From an uncultured Verrucomicrobiae bacterium (GTDB lineage: Bacteria; Verrucomicrobiota; Verrucomicrobiia; Limisphaerales; UBA8199): 64,000 bases of DNA. The notes under the pieces were generated by a model. That model was given only the letters and a program-made list of their open reading frames with translations, did not search any database and was not told where the DNA came from. Position numbers and translations under genes: made by a program. The stretch's first letter is position 1, and the number at the start of each line of letters is the position of its first letter. The stretch covers positions 68,709 to 132,708 of the forward strand of contig CAWELO010000003.1 of assembly GCA_963809845.1 (NCBI GenBank), given 5' to 3'. This document shows, piece after piece, positions 26,758 to 36,786 of this stretch.

Positions 26758-26899
26758 AATCGAACGGCTGGCAAAGCCTCACGACCGGGATGGATTCGAC
26801 TTCGGGTCTGAATTCCCCAACTCCTATCGGTACCGATTTGTAAAACGCGCATTCTTCGGTCAGACTAGTTCCCTGAGTGCATGGATAAATCGAAAGTGA
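26750..26899 (+). pseudogene. remnant of the cognate GNAT (TacT-type) toxin, truncated to 49 codons
   Basis: A GTG at 26750 overlaps the antitoxin stop (GTGCATAA). VHKIERLAKPHDRDGFDFGSE resembles the conserved N-terminus of GNAT toxins. The frame stops at 26899 and is overlapped by the next gene start at 26881. Confidence 0.5.
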
Positions 26900-28272
26900 A
26901 AATACTGGTGGTGGACGACGAGCAGGGGCTCTGCGGGGGAATTCAGGAAGCCCTCAAGCGGGAGGGCTATGTCGTCGATGCCACGACGGATGCCCTGACC
27001 GGGCTGAAATTCGCCCAGGAGCGGTTGTATAACCTGGTCATTTCGGACATCAAAATGCCCGGGCTCGGCGGCCTGGACCTGCTCACCCAGGTCCGCTCCC
27101 GGCACCGCGACACGCTGTTCATTCTCATGACCGCCTATGGCACCGTGGAAAGCGCCGTGCAGGCCATGAAAGAGGGCGCGTACGATTACCTGCCCAAACC
27201 CCTCGATTTGAAGCGCCTGCGCGTGCTGGTGCAGAAAGCGCTCGAATTCCAAGCCGTCGTCGCCGAAAACAACGAGCTGCGTTTGCGCCTGCAAACCCGG
27301 TCCGAAGCCAGCCTGCTCATCGGCGAGAGCGAACCCATGCGCGCCGTCGCGCACCTGGTGGCCGAGGTCGCCCATAGCGAGGTCACCGTGCTTATCGAAG
27401 GCGAAAGCGGGACCGGCAAGGAGATTGTGGCGCGCTCGATCCACTTGCAGAGTTCGCGTCGCGACCATGCGTTTATCTCTGTCAATTGTGCCGCCCTGGC
27501 CGAGCAACTGCTCGAAGCCGAACTCTTCGGCCATGTCAAAGGCGCCTTCACCGGCGCCGTCGCCACCAAGCCCGGCCGGTTCCAGATGGCGGACGGCGGC
27601 ACGCTCTTTTTGGATGAAATTGGCGACCTGTCGCCCAAGGGCCAGGGCGACCTTTTGCGCGTGCTCGAAGACAGCAGCTTTCGCATGGTGGGCGGGTCGG
27701 AGTTGATCCGGGTAAACGTCCGGATCATCGCCGCCACCAACAAGAACCTGCAGGATGCGGTTAAAGCCGCCCGCTTCCGCGAGGACCTGTTTTATCGGTT
27801 GCAGGTCGTTCCCATCCTGATGCCGCCGCTGCGCGAGCGCGCCGAAGACATCCCGCTGCTCATCGAGGCCTTCTTCGAGCAATTCACCGCGAAACACAAA
27901 CGGCGCGACAAACGGATGTCCACCGAAGCCATGCAATTGTGCCAGCGGTTCCCCTGGCCCGGCAACGTCCGTCAACTCCGCAATACCATCGAGCGCGTGG
28001 TGATCACCTGCCGCGAGGCGGTCATCAGCGTGGAGCAACTGCCGGATTTCCTCAGGGAATTCGATCAGACCACGACCACCTTCACCGTTAAACCCGGCAC
28101 GCCCCTGGCCGACGTCGAGAAAATGTTGATTCGCCAAACGCTCACGCATGTGACGAGCAACCGCGAGGACGCCGCCCAAGCCCTCGGCATCAGCCGCCGC
28201 GCGCTCCAATACAAATTGAAGCAGTACGGACTGCTCGACGAAACCGTTTCCGACCGGGGCAGGGCCGCCTGA
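26881..28272 (+). CDS. sigma-54-dependent response regulator (NtrC family: REC + AAA+ + Fis-type HTH)
   Basis: KILVVDDE...SDIKMPG is the receiver domain. GESGTGKE is Walker A. GAFTGA is the sigma-54 contact loop. The C-terminal HTH is AAQALGISRRALQYKLK. Confidence 0.92.
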   Translation: MDKSKVKILVVDDEQGLCGGIQEALKREGYVVDATTDALTGLKFAQERLYNLVISDIKMPGLGGLDLLTQVRSRHRDTLFILMTAYGTVESAVQAMKEGAYDYLPKPLDLKRLRVLVQKALEFQAVVAENNELRLRLQTRSEASLLIGESEPMRAVAHLVAEVAHSEVTVLIEGESGTGKEIVARSIHLQSSRRDHAFISVNCAALAEQLLEAELFGHVKGAFTGAVATKPGRFQMADGGTLFLDEIGDLSPKGQGDLLRVLEDSSFRMVGGSELIRVNVRIIAATNKNLQDAVKAARFREDLFYRLQVVPILMPPLRERAEDIPLLIEAFFEQFTAKHKRRDKRMSTEAMQLCQRFPWPGNVRQLRNTIERVVITCREAVISVEQLPDFLREFDQTTTTFTVKPGTPLADVEKMLIRQTLTHVTSNREDAAQALGISRRALQYKLKQYGLLDETVSDRGRAA

Positions 28273-28301
28273 ACCCGGGGAGTGGCGGCGGGAGCGGTGG
28301 C

Positions 28302-28553
28302 GGCGCTACGCGACGCCGGGCATCGGGGAGGGCGCCGATCCATGGACTAAAGTCCATGGCTACCATCGTTCGTCGCTCCGCGACGAGGGTTGCCCCGCCG
28401 CCGCGTGGTGCCGCCGCGTAGCGGCCCCGCATGTCGCCGCGTGGTGCGGCGCGGTGCGGCGTGGTGCCGCGTAGCGGCATCCGATGGTAGCCGTGGACTT
28501 CGAGTCCACGGATCCCGGTTCCCCCCACGCGGAGATGCGTCGCGTCGCGACGC
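28302..28553. repeat. head-to-head pair of three-hairpin elements (copy 2 forward 28302-28385, copy 3 inverted 28466-28553) with a GC-rich spacer
   Basis: Copy 2 is gatccatggactaaagtccatggctaccatcgttcgtcgctccgcgac. Copy 3, reverse-complemented, is ggcgtcgcgacgcgacgc...atccgtggactcgaagtccacggctaccatcggatgccgctacgcggc. The spacer carries repeated ccgcgtggtgc units. Confidence 0.85.
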
Positions 28554-28575
28554 CCCTCACCCGCGCGCTTGAAAC

Positions 28576-29673
28576 CTACTTCCCTTCCCCTGCCGGCTGA
28601 TGGACAAAGGTGGCGACATCCCGCGCCGCTTTCGTTTCCACTCCCGGCTTTTGTAAAAACCCCAAATCCCGGAACCAATCGATAAACCGGTCCTGCCATG
28701 AGCCGAACGGCAGGTTCCGGTTGGCCAGGCCGGCGTTCATGCGGCTGCCATCGCCGAGCGGCTGGCCGGGATGACTGCCGTTGCCATAAATGTGCAGCTC
28801 GAGATTGGGAATGCGCTCGTGGAGCATGGCCCCGAAAAATTCATCCGCCCAAATGGCATGGACCCGATCGCCGGACCCCGCGCAGACGATGAAAGCCGGG
28901 GGCGCATTTCGCGGAATGGGCGGGTTCGCGCCGCGAGCGAACGGCGTAGGACCGGGATATACCAGGCCCACAAAGTCGGGACGGGAAGAAATGCCCGCCA
29001 GCGGGTCGCCGGGGTCCTGATGATCTTTGTCGAAGTCGCCGAAGAAAATGGCCGCCGGGGAGGCTAGTTCCGCTCCCGCTGAAAAACCCATGATCCCGAT
29101 TTTGTCCGGATCGATATTCCAATCCTTCGCGTGGGCGCGCACCAGGCGGATGGCCTGGAGCGCATCGTGCACCGCGTCCGTTTGCACGTTGTAGCCATCG
29201 CGCCGCAGGCGATATCGAAGGATCACCGTGTTGACGCCGTAGTTGTAAAAATAGGGCACAAAATCCGCGCTCTCGGACCCCACATTCAGCGTGTTGTGGC
29301 CGCCGCCGGCGGCGAGGATGACGACCGCACCCGTGTTCAGGCCGCCCTCGACGGTGTGGACTTCGATCGACGGGTTGTGGATGTTGACAATGCTGTTGAT
29401 CCGCCCGGGGACCGACCGGCTCAGGTTGTACTGCTCGGCTTCGCGAACACGGTCCGGTTTCAAGAACGGCGAGTCCGGGGCATAGAGCGGGATCACCACG
29501 CCGCCCTGCACGATTGGCTGCGGCGCATAGGGCGCAGCGTTGGTTGGGCCGGGCTTCGGCACTCCCAACGGCGGAGGAATCGGCGGCAGCTCGGCGGAGC
29601 GAACTTTTCCCCAGGGCGCCAGGACAGCGGACAGCAGCAGCAAGCGGGGCAGGAGCGAGGGCTGGATGTTCAT
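28576..29673 (-). CDS. secreted alpha/beta-hydrolase (esterase / carbohydrate-esterase-like)
   Basis: ORF 28576..29871. The internal ATG at 29673 gives MNIQPSLLPRLLLLSAVLAPWG (signal peptide). The nucleophile elbow is GFSAGAELA (GxSxG). Confidence 0.8.
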   Translation of the reverse strand: MNIQPSLLPRLLLLSAVLAPWGKVRSAELPPIPPPLGVPKPGPTNAAPYAPQPIVQGGVVIPLYAPDSPFLKPDRVREAEQYNLSRSVPGRINSIVNIHNPSIEVHTVEGGLNTGAVVILAAGGGHNTLNVGSESADFVPYFYNYGVNTVILRYRLRRDGYNVQTDAVHDALQAIRLVRAHAKDWNIDPDKIGIMGFSAGAELASPAAIFFGDFDKDHQDPGDPLAGISSRPDFVGLVYPGPTPFARGANPPIPRNAPPAFIVCAGSGDRVHAIWADEFFGAMLHERIPNLELHIYGNGSHPGQPLGDGSRMNAGLANRNLPFGSWQDRFIDWFRDLGFLQKPGVETKAARDVATFVHQPAGEGK

Positions 29674-29809
29674 CCCGGGAGGTTGACCGATTGTGCCCAC
29701 GAAGCCAAGCGCGCACCGCCCCGTACGTGGGCGAGCGGGCGAGATGCCCTCGCCTGGGGTGAATTGTGCGGCTGTGCTTTCTGGGCCATCGCACGACGGC
29801 GCGCGGTGC

Positions 29810-31027
29810 TCAGGTCCGGCGCAATGGGCCGAGGGCCTCCGCCATGGTCCGCTGGACCACCGGCATATCAAAATGTTTCAGGGCGGCCTGGCGGCCTCCT
29901 TCGCCCAACCGGCGGCGCAGCTCGGGGTTTTCGAGCGCCTGCTTGAGCGCCGCCGCCACCGCTTCCGCCGGATCCTCCGGCGAAACCACCAGCGCGCTCT
30001 TGAGATGTTCCACATACCGCGCATTGTCCCCGATGTTGGTGGTCAGCACGGCGCGGCCCGCGGCCAGGTACTCCGAGAGCTTGGTGGAGAGGCCCGACAC
30101 GCTCCAAATCGAATTCGTCCGGAGGTTCACCAGCACATTCGCGCCGGCGACCTCGCGTTTGACGGCATCGGCCAGGCAAAAGCCCTTGACCTCGACGCAA
30201 TCTTCCAGGTGCAGCTCCGTGACGATGGCCTGAAGCTGTTGCACGCCGGGAATGTCCGCTTTGCCTCCCAGGAACCGCATGCGGAAGGGAACGCGCTGGC
30301 GCTTGAGACAAGCCAGCGCGTGGGCGAGTTTGACGAAATCGTCCTGCTCCCCGAAGCCGCCCGAGTAGAGGATCAAGGGTGCCGCTGTGTCCGGTTCGGG
30401 CGGCAGGGACCACGCCGCGCAGTCGATGATGGTCGGGATGATGCGCACGCGCCCGGGCCGGCGCGAGAGCCGCGCGTATTTGTCGCGCAGGTACGAGGAG
30501 ATGGCCCAGATTTGGTCCGCCATGCGGGAGCACCAGTGGTCGGCCGCCCATGAATTCCAGCCAAACACCCGCTGGGCCAGCCCCAGCTTTTTCGCCACGA
30601 CCACTTCCAGGCGCTCGTCTTCGTAACACTGGATCGTCGGGATCCCCAGCCGCCGCGCGAGACGGGTAATTGGGTAAGTGTCGTAGAACGCGAGGTTATT
30701 GAACACGATCAAGTCCAACTGCCCGGCGCGTGCGGCCTGGCGGACGCGCCCGAGGATGTTGCGCACGGCGCGGAGCTTCAGGGCGGTAACCCGAAATCCA
30801 TGGGAGCGCCGCGTGGTGCCCAGCACATACTCGAAGTGCGCCCCGCCCAATTCGCCGGACACCTCCTGCACCCCGACCAGGTTCATCCCGTGCTGATTCC
30901 AGATGACCACCCGGTGCCCCAGCCCCACCATCGCCGCCACCAGCGTCCGCAACCGCCCCGTCCGCCCCGCCCCCTCCGGCAAGTCGGCAATCGTCACGAA
31001 GGCGCAAGAAAGCGACAGCCGACCCAT
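29810..31027 (-). CDS. glycosyltransferase family 4 (GT-B, retaining)
   Basis: 405 aa with a C-terminal GT4-type pattern (VLVNLRTNSIWSVSGLSTKLSEYLAAGRAVLTT). It lies next to the polysaccharide locus. Confidence 0.75.
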   Translation of the reverse strand: MGRLSLSCAFVTIADLPEGAGRTGRLRTLVAAMVGLGHRVVIWNQHGMNLVGVQEVSGELGGAHFEYVLGTTRRSHGFRVTALKLRAVRNILGRVRQAARAGQLDLIVFNNLAFYDTYPITRLARRLGIPTIQCYEDERLEVVVAKKLGLAQRVFGWNSWAADHWCSRMADQIWAISSYLRDKYARLSRRPGRVRIIPTIIDCAAWSLPPEPDTAAPLILYSGGFGEQDDFVKLAHALACLKRQRVPFRMRFLGGKADIPGVQQLQAIVTELHLEDCVEVKGFCLADAVKREVAGANVLVNLRTNSIWSVSGLSTKLSEYLAAGRAVLTTNIGDNARYVEHLKSALVVSPEDPAEAVAAALKQALENPELRRRLGEGGRQAALKHFDMPVVQRTMAEALGPLRRT

Positions 31028-31569
31028 GGGGTGATTTCAGGCCTGACCCGATAGCCTCGGCCCGGTTCTGAAGACAGCACCTTGAGGGAAGCAGGGACGG
31101 CCAAACTTGTTCACTGGCGCTATTCTAGCAAGGACCGTCATTAGATCAAGCCCATCCCTTGGCCCCCACGGAATTCTGCGGAATCCGACCAAGATGCGTG
31201 CCTGCGGGAATGAGCGGGTTCTTGGCCCATAATTCTATACTGGTTTTCAGTGCTTTATTCACATGATTGTCAAGACACTGAAGCGCTGAGCTTACTCACG
31301 GTCAACTCACCCGGGTCAGCGCTGTCGTGTGATCCAAACGAGCGGGGTTTTGCCGAGGTGGCCGTCGCTGAACGCGAAGCTGAGAATTTGGGCTCCACAA
31401 CCAGGTGGGCCTCTGAAACGCGCGGCTTCCATCCGATGTTTGCCATTCTGTCGTGCGGCCGGGCGGGATTGAACGGAACAGAAACACGCTTTCCGTTTGC
31501 TTTGGGTGGAACGTCATCGATAATCTACACTCTCTTTAGCTGGCTGGACTGGGCTCTAATACGGGTGTG

Positions 31570-33088
31570 ATGGTTAGATCCACCACGCGAAGACGATTTG
31601 CACGCACGAAGACAACGGAAACCAAAATGATGGAAGCTGAAGCGATTGAACGGCCCACGGCACGGCCAACGATCGTATCCTTAGCCCGACGAATATCGGA
31701 ATCGGCGGTCGCTTGGACGATCGCTCTGAATTTCTTGAAGCTCGCCCTAGGGCTCCTACTGCTGCCGTTGCTGTTGCACATGCTGTCGGAAGCAGATCTT
31801 GGGATGTACTACCTTTTCTCTGCAGCTAAATGGGATTGTCGTCGTTCTGGATCTGGGCGTTTCGCCCACGATTGGAAGATTTGTGAGTTATGCGATGGGG
31901 GGTGCGACCAAGCTTAAGGCCCAGGGACTGGTGGCCGAAGCGGGCACCGGGTCTCCCAACTATGCGCTGCTCTGGGAGCTTTTGTTTACCGCGCGCATTT
32001 TTTACAGGTACGTCGCCTGCGCGGCTGTGCTGTTATTGTCCACCCTGGGCAGTTTGATGGTGTGGAGCAGGGTTGGCGGCACGTCCGCACCGCACATAAC
32101 ATGGCTCGCATGGGGGATCGGCATAGCAGCCGTCGCTGCGGAAACCTACTTTAACTTCTGGAATGCCTACCTGCGTAATGCGAACCGGGTTCTCGCGGCT
32201 ACGCGGATTGTGATGTTAAGCTACGGTTTAAGGTTGGTTGTCGCCAGCACACTCTTGATCTGCGGCGCGGGACTAATGAGTCTGCCAATTGCCAGTTTAT
32301 CGACCTCCTTTCTGCTACTGGTCCTATCCCGGAGGGAATGCCTCAAGCTCCTGGCCCACTGCCCACCCCCTCACCGGGTCGATTGGAAAAACCACCTCAG
32401 GATCATTTGGCCAAACGGGTGGCGTCTGGGGCTTTATTTCGCCAGCGCTTACCTCAGCACAAGCGCGAACGTCTTCCTGTGCTCCCTGGCCTTCGGGCTG
32501 AAAGCGAACGCCCGATATGGCCTGTCCTTGCAGGCGTTCAACATCGTCAGTGGCATGGCCGCGGTTTGGACCTCCGTGAAGTGGCCGGTAATAGGGCAGT
32601 TGATCGCCCGAGGTGATCTCGACAGACTTCGGATGGTTTTCGGCCCACGGTTATGTTTGGTGATCGGGAGCTTCATTACCATGGCAGCGGGAATTGTCGC
32701 CATCGGTCCGCCCCTGGTTCACATGTTCAGCTCGAACAAAGCAATGCTCCCTTTGGGTTGGCTGATTTTGCTGGCCGCCAGCAGTCTTTTTGATGCCCAC
32801 TGCACGGCGTGGAACACGATGATTAGCTTGTGGAATCGACTGCCGATGCTGTGGCCGACAATGGCGACCAACGCCGTGGCACTGGCGATCAATATCATCC
32901 TCGTCCAGCTCCCGCATGCCCAACCCGGCTGGTTGGTCCTCGGGCCCTTTCTCGCCGGAGCCGCTTTTAATTATTGGTTCTGGCCGCGTTATGGGAGCGG
33001 CCTTCTTGGATTTCACTGGCTGCAGTTCATGCGTGGCAGCCTCCGTCGAGTCCCGTCCGAAAAATGCGCCGTGAGGCTTCATGGATAA
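31570..33088 (+). pseudogene. Wzx-like polysaccharide flippase (MOP superfamily), frame broken near 31812-31824
   Basis: The frame-1 N-terminus (AVAWTIALNFLKLALGLLLLPLLLHMLSEADLGMYYLF) continues in frame 2 (SLQLNGIVVVLDLGVSPTIGRFVSYA..., track ORF 31799..33088, which starts on TTG). About 12 TM segments in total. Confidence 0.65.
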
Positions 33089-33650
33089 GTTGGTTGAAAC
33101 CAAAAAAGAGCGGTTTTGGAACCGCGAGGCTTGGGGTCCGCGACCAGTGGGTAAAGGCCGAGGCCGCCAAGTTGAGTCCGGGGAAGCGGGTGCTTGATGC
33201 GGGGGCGGGCGCGTCCAGGTACAGGCCTTTCTTCGCCCACTGCCGCTATGAGACGCAGGATTTCTGTCGGTCCAGAGGCGCTCTATCAACTACCTGGAGC
33301 CGATCAACTACATCTGTGAAATCACCCGTATCCCTCTCCCCGATGCCAGCCTGGACTGCATTCTTTGCACCGAAGTGCTCGAGCATGTGGTGGATCCGAT
33401 GGCTGTCTTAGCGGAGTTCAATCGGTTGCTAAAGGCCGGAGGACGGCTACTCCTGACGGCCCCACAAGCATCGTACGTCCACATGGAGCCCTTCCACTAC
33501 TACGGAGGACTTACGCCGTATTGGTATCGCCATTGGCTTGACAAGCACGGTTTCGCAATCGAGAGCATGGCTTCCCAGGGCGGGCCTGGTCGCTGCGCCG
33601 TAGGCTCGATACAGGGGTTTTATCAGAGCTGGAGAAAAGTGGGAGCGTAA
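33084..33650 (+). pseudogene. class I SAM-dependent methyltransferase disrupted by at least two frameshifts
   Basis: Frame 3 gives MDKLVETKKERFWNREAWG. Frame 1 gives VRDQWVKAEAAKLSPGKRVLDAGAGASRY...ETQDFC. Frame 3 then gives INYICEITRIPLPDASLDCILCTEVLEHVVDPMAVLAEFNRLLKAGGRLLL. The shifts are at the G-run 33133-33136 and near 33262-33285. Confidence 0.65.
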
Positions 33651-33886
33651 GCTCTCTCCATTGAGCCGGGGATTGTCGGTGGCGTGTCGGGTCGGTCTGC
33701 TCAAGCTCCCGGTGCATTACCTCTTGCCTTGGGTGCTCACGAAATTTGATCGGCACCTTGACTCCCATCCGATCTCGATTGGATTTATGGTAGCCGCCAT
33801 ACGGACAGGATCGACCGTGCTGCCTCAACCTGTGTCAGGCGGATAGTCTTGCCCACGGCGCCCAGTCTCTACTATCATCTGTAAAA

Positions 33887-34639
33887 ATGAACGATAGAGT
33901 GATCGTCGATAAGGTGGGCAGAGCGCGCTGGGAGCAGGCGCAGCAGTGGGAGCGGCAGCACTGGGTCCGGACCCAGAAACTGCGAGCCCGCTATTTCAAG
34001 AATTATATTTGGCGAACGCTGGCACTGCTCGGCATGGTGAGCAAGCACCGAGGAGATGACTGGAACCACTGGTGGAAAAAGCAGTTCGACGATTACCAGT
34101 TCCTCCCGCCGGCCATTCAGAACGCTCTTGAGGTTGGCTGCGGGCCGTACACGAACATCCGCTTGATCCGGGAGCGCTGCAGCATTGAACACCTATATCT
34201 CTCCGATCCTCTGATTCGCACCTACGTTAGATTCAAGCTAACCCTGGTGGCCGACCTGTACCGGAAAGGGGAGTGCGTTTTGGACGACCACCCGCTGGAG
34301 GAGCTGCCATTTGCTTCGGATTACTTCGATCTGGTTGTGATGATCAACGTGCTCGACCACGTGCAGGACGCCCAGCTATGCATGGAGAACCTTCTCAGGG
34401 TGGTCAAACGGGGCGGGATCGTCATCCTTGGTCAGGATCTGACCAATGAGGAAGACCTGTTGGCTATGCGTGATGACATCGGCGCTACCGGCCATCCGAT
34501 CAAGCTGGATCACAACTGGTTTACCCCTTATCTGGATGGCCGATTCTCTCCCATCATCAACAAAGTGCTTAGCCGCGAACAGGGTCGCTCACCGGAATAC
34601 CATTACGGAAACTTGATCTTCGCGGGTCGCAGAGTCTAA
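33887..34639 (+). CDS. class I SAM-dependent methyltransferase
   Basis: 250 aa with ALEVGCGPYTN (motif I) and FDLVVMINVLDHVQDA. Confidence 0.75.
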   Translation: MNDRVIVDKVGRARWEQAQQWERQHWVRTQKLRARYFKNYIWRTLALLGMVSKHRGDDWNHWWKKQFDDYQFLPPAIQNALEVGCGPYTNIRLIRERCSIEHLYLSDPLIRTYVRFKLTLVADLYRKGECVLDDHPLEELPFASDYFDLVVMINVLDHVQDAQLCMENLLRVVKRGGIVILGQDLTNEEDLLAMRDDIGATGHPIKLDHNWFTPYLDGRFSPIINKVLSREQGRSPEYHYGNLIFAGRRV

Positions 34640-34657
34640 GACGCACCGGTTCGGCCC

Positions 34658-35806
34658 ATGAGGTTAGCCATCGTCACCACCGACGTACGAGAGCATAAGC
34701 GTGATTACGGGAATCCGGTAGCTACCTTCGGCACCGCTCCAGCTGCCCTTTTGGAAGGCTTGGCCCTTCTCCCGGAAGTCGAGGTCCACGTTTTGTCCTG
34801 CGCCCGCCGGCCAATGAGGTCCCAAAAGAAGCTGGCTGACAATACTTGGTTCCACAGCCTCCACGTACCTCGTATCGGCTGGATGCGCACGGCCTACCAG
34901 GGATGCATCCGGGCTGTGCGCCGCAAATTGCGCGAGCTGCGGCCCGACATCGTGCATGGGGAAGGTACCGAGTTGGACTGTGCCATCGATGCGGTGTTAT
35001 CCGGTTTTCCCAATGTCATCACCTTACACGGGAACATGCGTTTGCTGGCGCCGCTGGCGCGGGCAAAGCCTTTCTCCTTCCTTTGGCTGGCGGCTCGGCT
35101 CGAGGCGTTTACGATCCCCCGCGCCCAGGGGGTTGTTTGCATTACGCAATATACCCAGGCGGCAGTCTCCGGTCTGGCTCGCCAGTCCTGGGTGGTGCCG
35201 AACGCGGTGGAGGGGGGGCTTTTCGACATCACTCCGGTGCCGGTTCCCGGGACCGCGCCGAGAGTGCTGTGCGCTGGCGTAATCTGTAAAAGGAAGAACC
35301 AAAACGATTTTATTCGGGCACTGGATCCCCTGGCAGGAAGAATGAGGTTTGAGGTTGTTTTTCTGGGGGAGGGCCCAGCGGCGGATCCCTATAAGGCTGA
35401 GTTCGAGAGCCTAGTAAGGACGCGCCCCTGGTGCACCCATGCAGGATTTGCGAATCGAGATCAGTTTCGGGCGCACCTTGGAACCGCAAGCCTGCTGGTT
35501 CTCCCCTCGATCGAGGATAATTGTCCGATGGTCGTGCTGGAGGCCATGGCGGCTGGCGTTCCAGTGATCGCCTCAAGGGTCGGTGGCGTTCCCGATCTCG
35601 TCGAAGATGGCCAGACAGGACTCTTTTGCGATCCCATGGCCCCCTCCACCATCGCCGTGGCTGTAGAAAAGGTGCTGGCCGACCGTTCGGTCGCCACGGA
35701 GCTGGCTGAGCGAGCCAAAGCCCGCGCTCGGGCGCGGTTCCATCCAGCGGTGATTGCACAGGCGCATCTTGGGATTTACCGCGAGATCTTAAGAACCGCC
35801 GCATAA
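34658..35806 (+). CDS. glycosyltransferase family 4
   Basis: 382 aa with LVLPSIEDNCPMVVLEAMAAGVPVIASRVGGVPDLVEDGQTGLF, an EX7E-type GT4 motif. Confidence 0.85.
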   Translation: MRLAIVTTDVREHKRDYGNPVATFGTAPAALLEGLALLPEVEVHVLSCARRPMRSQKKLADNTWFHSLHVPRIGWMRTAYQGCIRAVRRKLRELRPDIVHGEGTELDCAIDAVLSGFPNVITLHGNMRLLAPLARAKPFSFLWLAARLEAFTIPRAQGVVCITQYTQAAVSGLARQSWVVPNAVEGGLFDITPVPVPGTAPRVLCAGVICKRKNQNDFIRALDPLAGRMRFEVVFLGEGPAADPYKAEFESLVRTRPWCTHAGFANRDQFRAHLGTASLLVLPSIEDNCPMVVLEAMAAGVPVIASRVGGVPDLVEDGQTGLFCDPMAPSTIAVAVEKVLADRSVATELAERAKARARARFHPAVIAQAHLGIYREILRTAA

Positions 35807-36786
35807 ACCTGGCGCAACTGGTCTGCAACTTGAATCCAGGAAAGCGGCTTTGTGGCAGTGGGCAATTCCGGGGCTTGGTCGTAAAATCGGCGGAGCACTC
35901 TCGCTGTGTTTGGGATGGAAGGTGTAATGGGGCAATAGGTCGCACGTTCGCCAAAGACCGTCCTCGCCCATGGCAGATCACTGAGGAGCAGCGGGCAACC
36001 GCAGGCTGCTGCCTCGAGAGCGGCGAGGCTCAGACTCTCCATGGTGCTCAGCAATACAAAGCCCCGCGCCTCGCGATATATTTGTGCCACCCTGGCTCGA
36101 TCCTGAACCTGTCCTTCGTAACGCAGCAAATCGTGGTGTAATTCGCATAGTTTGAGGAAGCTGAGGGAGTAAGGGTCTGAGGGCGCGTATGGCTTCCCTA
36201 TGATCAAGAGGGGCGTCTTGGCGGAGCACGCTGCCTGCGCCAGCTCCAGGACCCGCTTCCGCTCAGTTATTACGGCGGAACAAACGAGGAATGGACCACG
36301 CTGTGCGGGTGAGTCCCTTAGGAATAACTCTTCGACGCCATTGGGAACCACGTGAACCTTTTCTGGTTGTGCCCCGAAAAGGTACTGCATGAGGTGAGCT
36401 TCCCAGCGGGTGAGCGCCAGGCACGCATCGGCTTTTTGGAACGCTTCCCATCCATAACGTTTGGTGACCAGCGGTGGCAGGATCCCGCGCGCAACTCGAA
36501 TAGCCAAGCGTTGGGTTCGGAGCGCCAACGCCGCACGAGAGCCTGCCGCGGTCAACAACTCTGCTGCTATGACCCGGATGCCTTTCCTGCGCGCCAGCTC
36601 CAAGTATTCCACTGGGGGCCGCCCGAAGTAATGGATGAGATCGGCTTTTTGGGAATCTTCCCACCATTGCAAATGTTCGACGCAAACTCCAATTTCCTTG
36701 AGGCTGCGGAAGGTTTGTTCGATTTGGATTTGCTGCCCGCCATGAGCCAGGGAGAAAGGAACGGAACAATCCAGCAGCACTTTCAT
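35776..36786 (-). CDS. glycosyltransferase (GT4-like GT-B)
   Basis: 336 aa with FVLLSTMESLSLAALEAAACGCPLLLSD. The 3' end overlaps the convergent GT4 gene by 31 nt. Confidence 0.75.
   Translation of the reverse strand: MKVLLDCSVPFSLAHGGQQIQIEQTFRSLKEIGVCVEHLQWWEDSQKADLIHYFGRPPVEYLELARRKGIRVIAAELLTAAGSRAALALRTQRLAIRVARGILPPLVTKRYGWEAFQKADACLALTRWEAHLMQYLFGAQPEKVHVVPNGVEELFLRDSPAQRGPFLVCSAVITERKRVLELAQAACSAKTPLLIIGKPYAPSDPYSLSFLKLCELHHDLLRYEGQVQDRARVAQIYREARGFVLLSTMESLSLAALEAAACGCPLLLSDLPWARTVFGERATYCPITPSIPNTARVLRRFYDQAPELPTATKPLSWIQVADQLRQVYAAVLKISR

Noticed and set aside
26786-26800. ggattcgac string resembling the tmRNA 5' end
   Set aside because: It lies inside the toxin-remnant reading frame (…DRDGFDFG…). 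There is no tRNA-like acceptor/T-arm partner or tag-peptide ORF nearby.
26860-28209. 449-aa minus-strand ORF
   Set aside because: It is antisense to the sigma-54 activator, whose Walker A, GAFTGA and HTH motifs are unambiguous in the plus frame.
31030-31570. Far border of a tRNA-Thr-integrated genomic island (att site)
   Set aside because: I could not find a direct repeat of the tRNA 3' end (…ttcaattctgaccgttggctcca) by eye, and there is no integrase in the window. The island idea rests on composition and gene content only.
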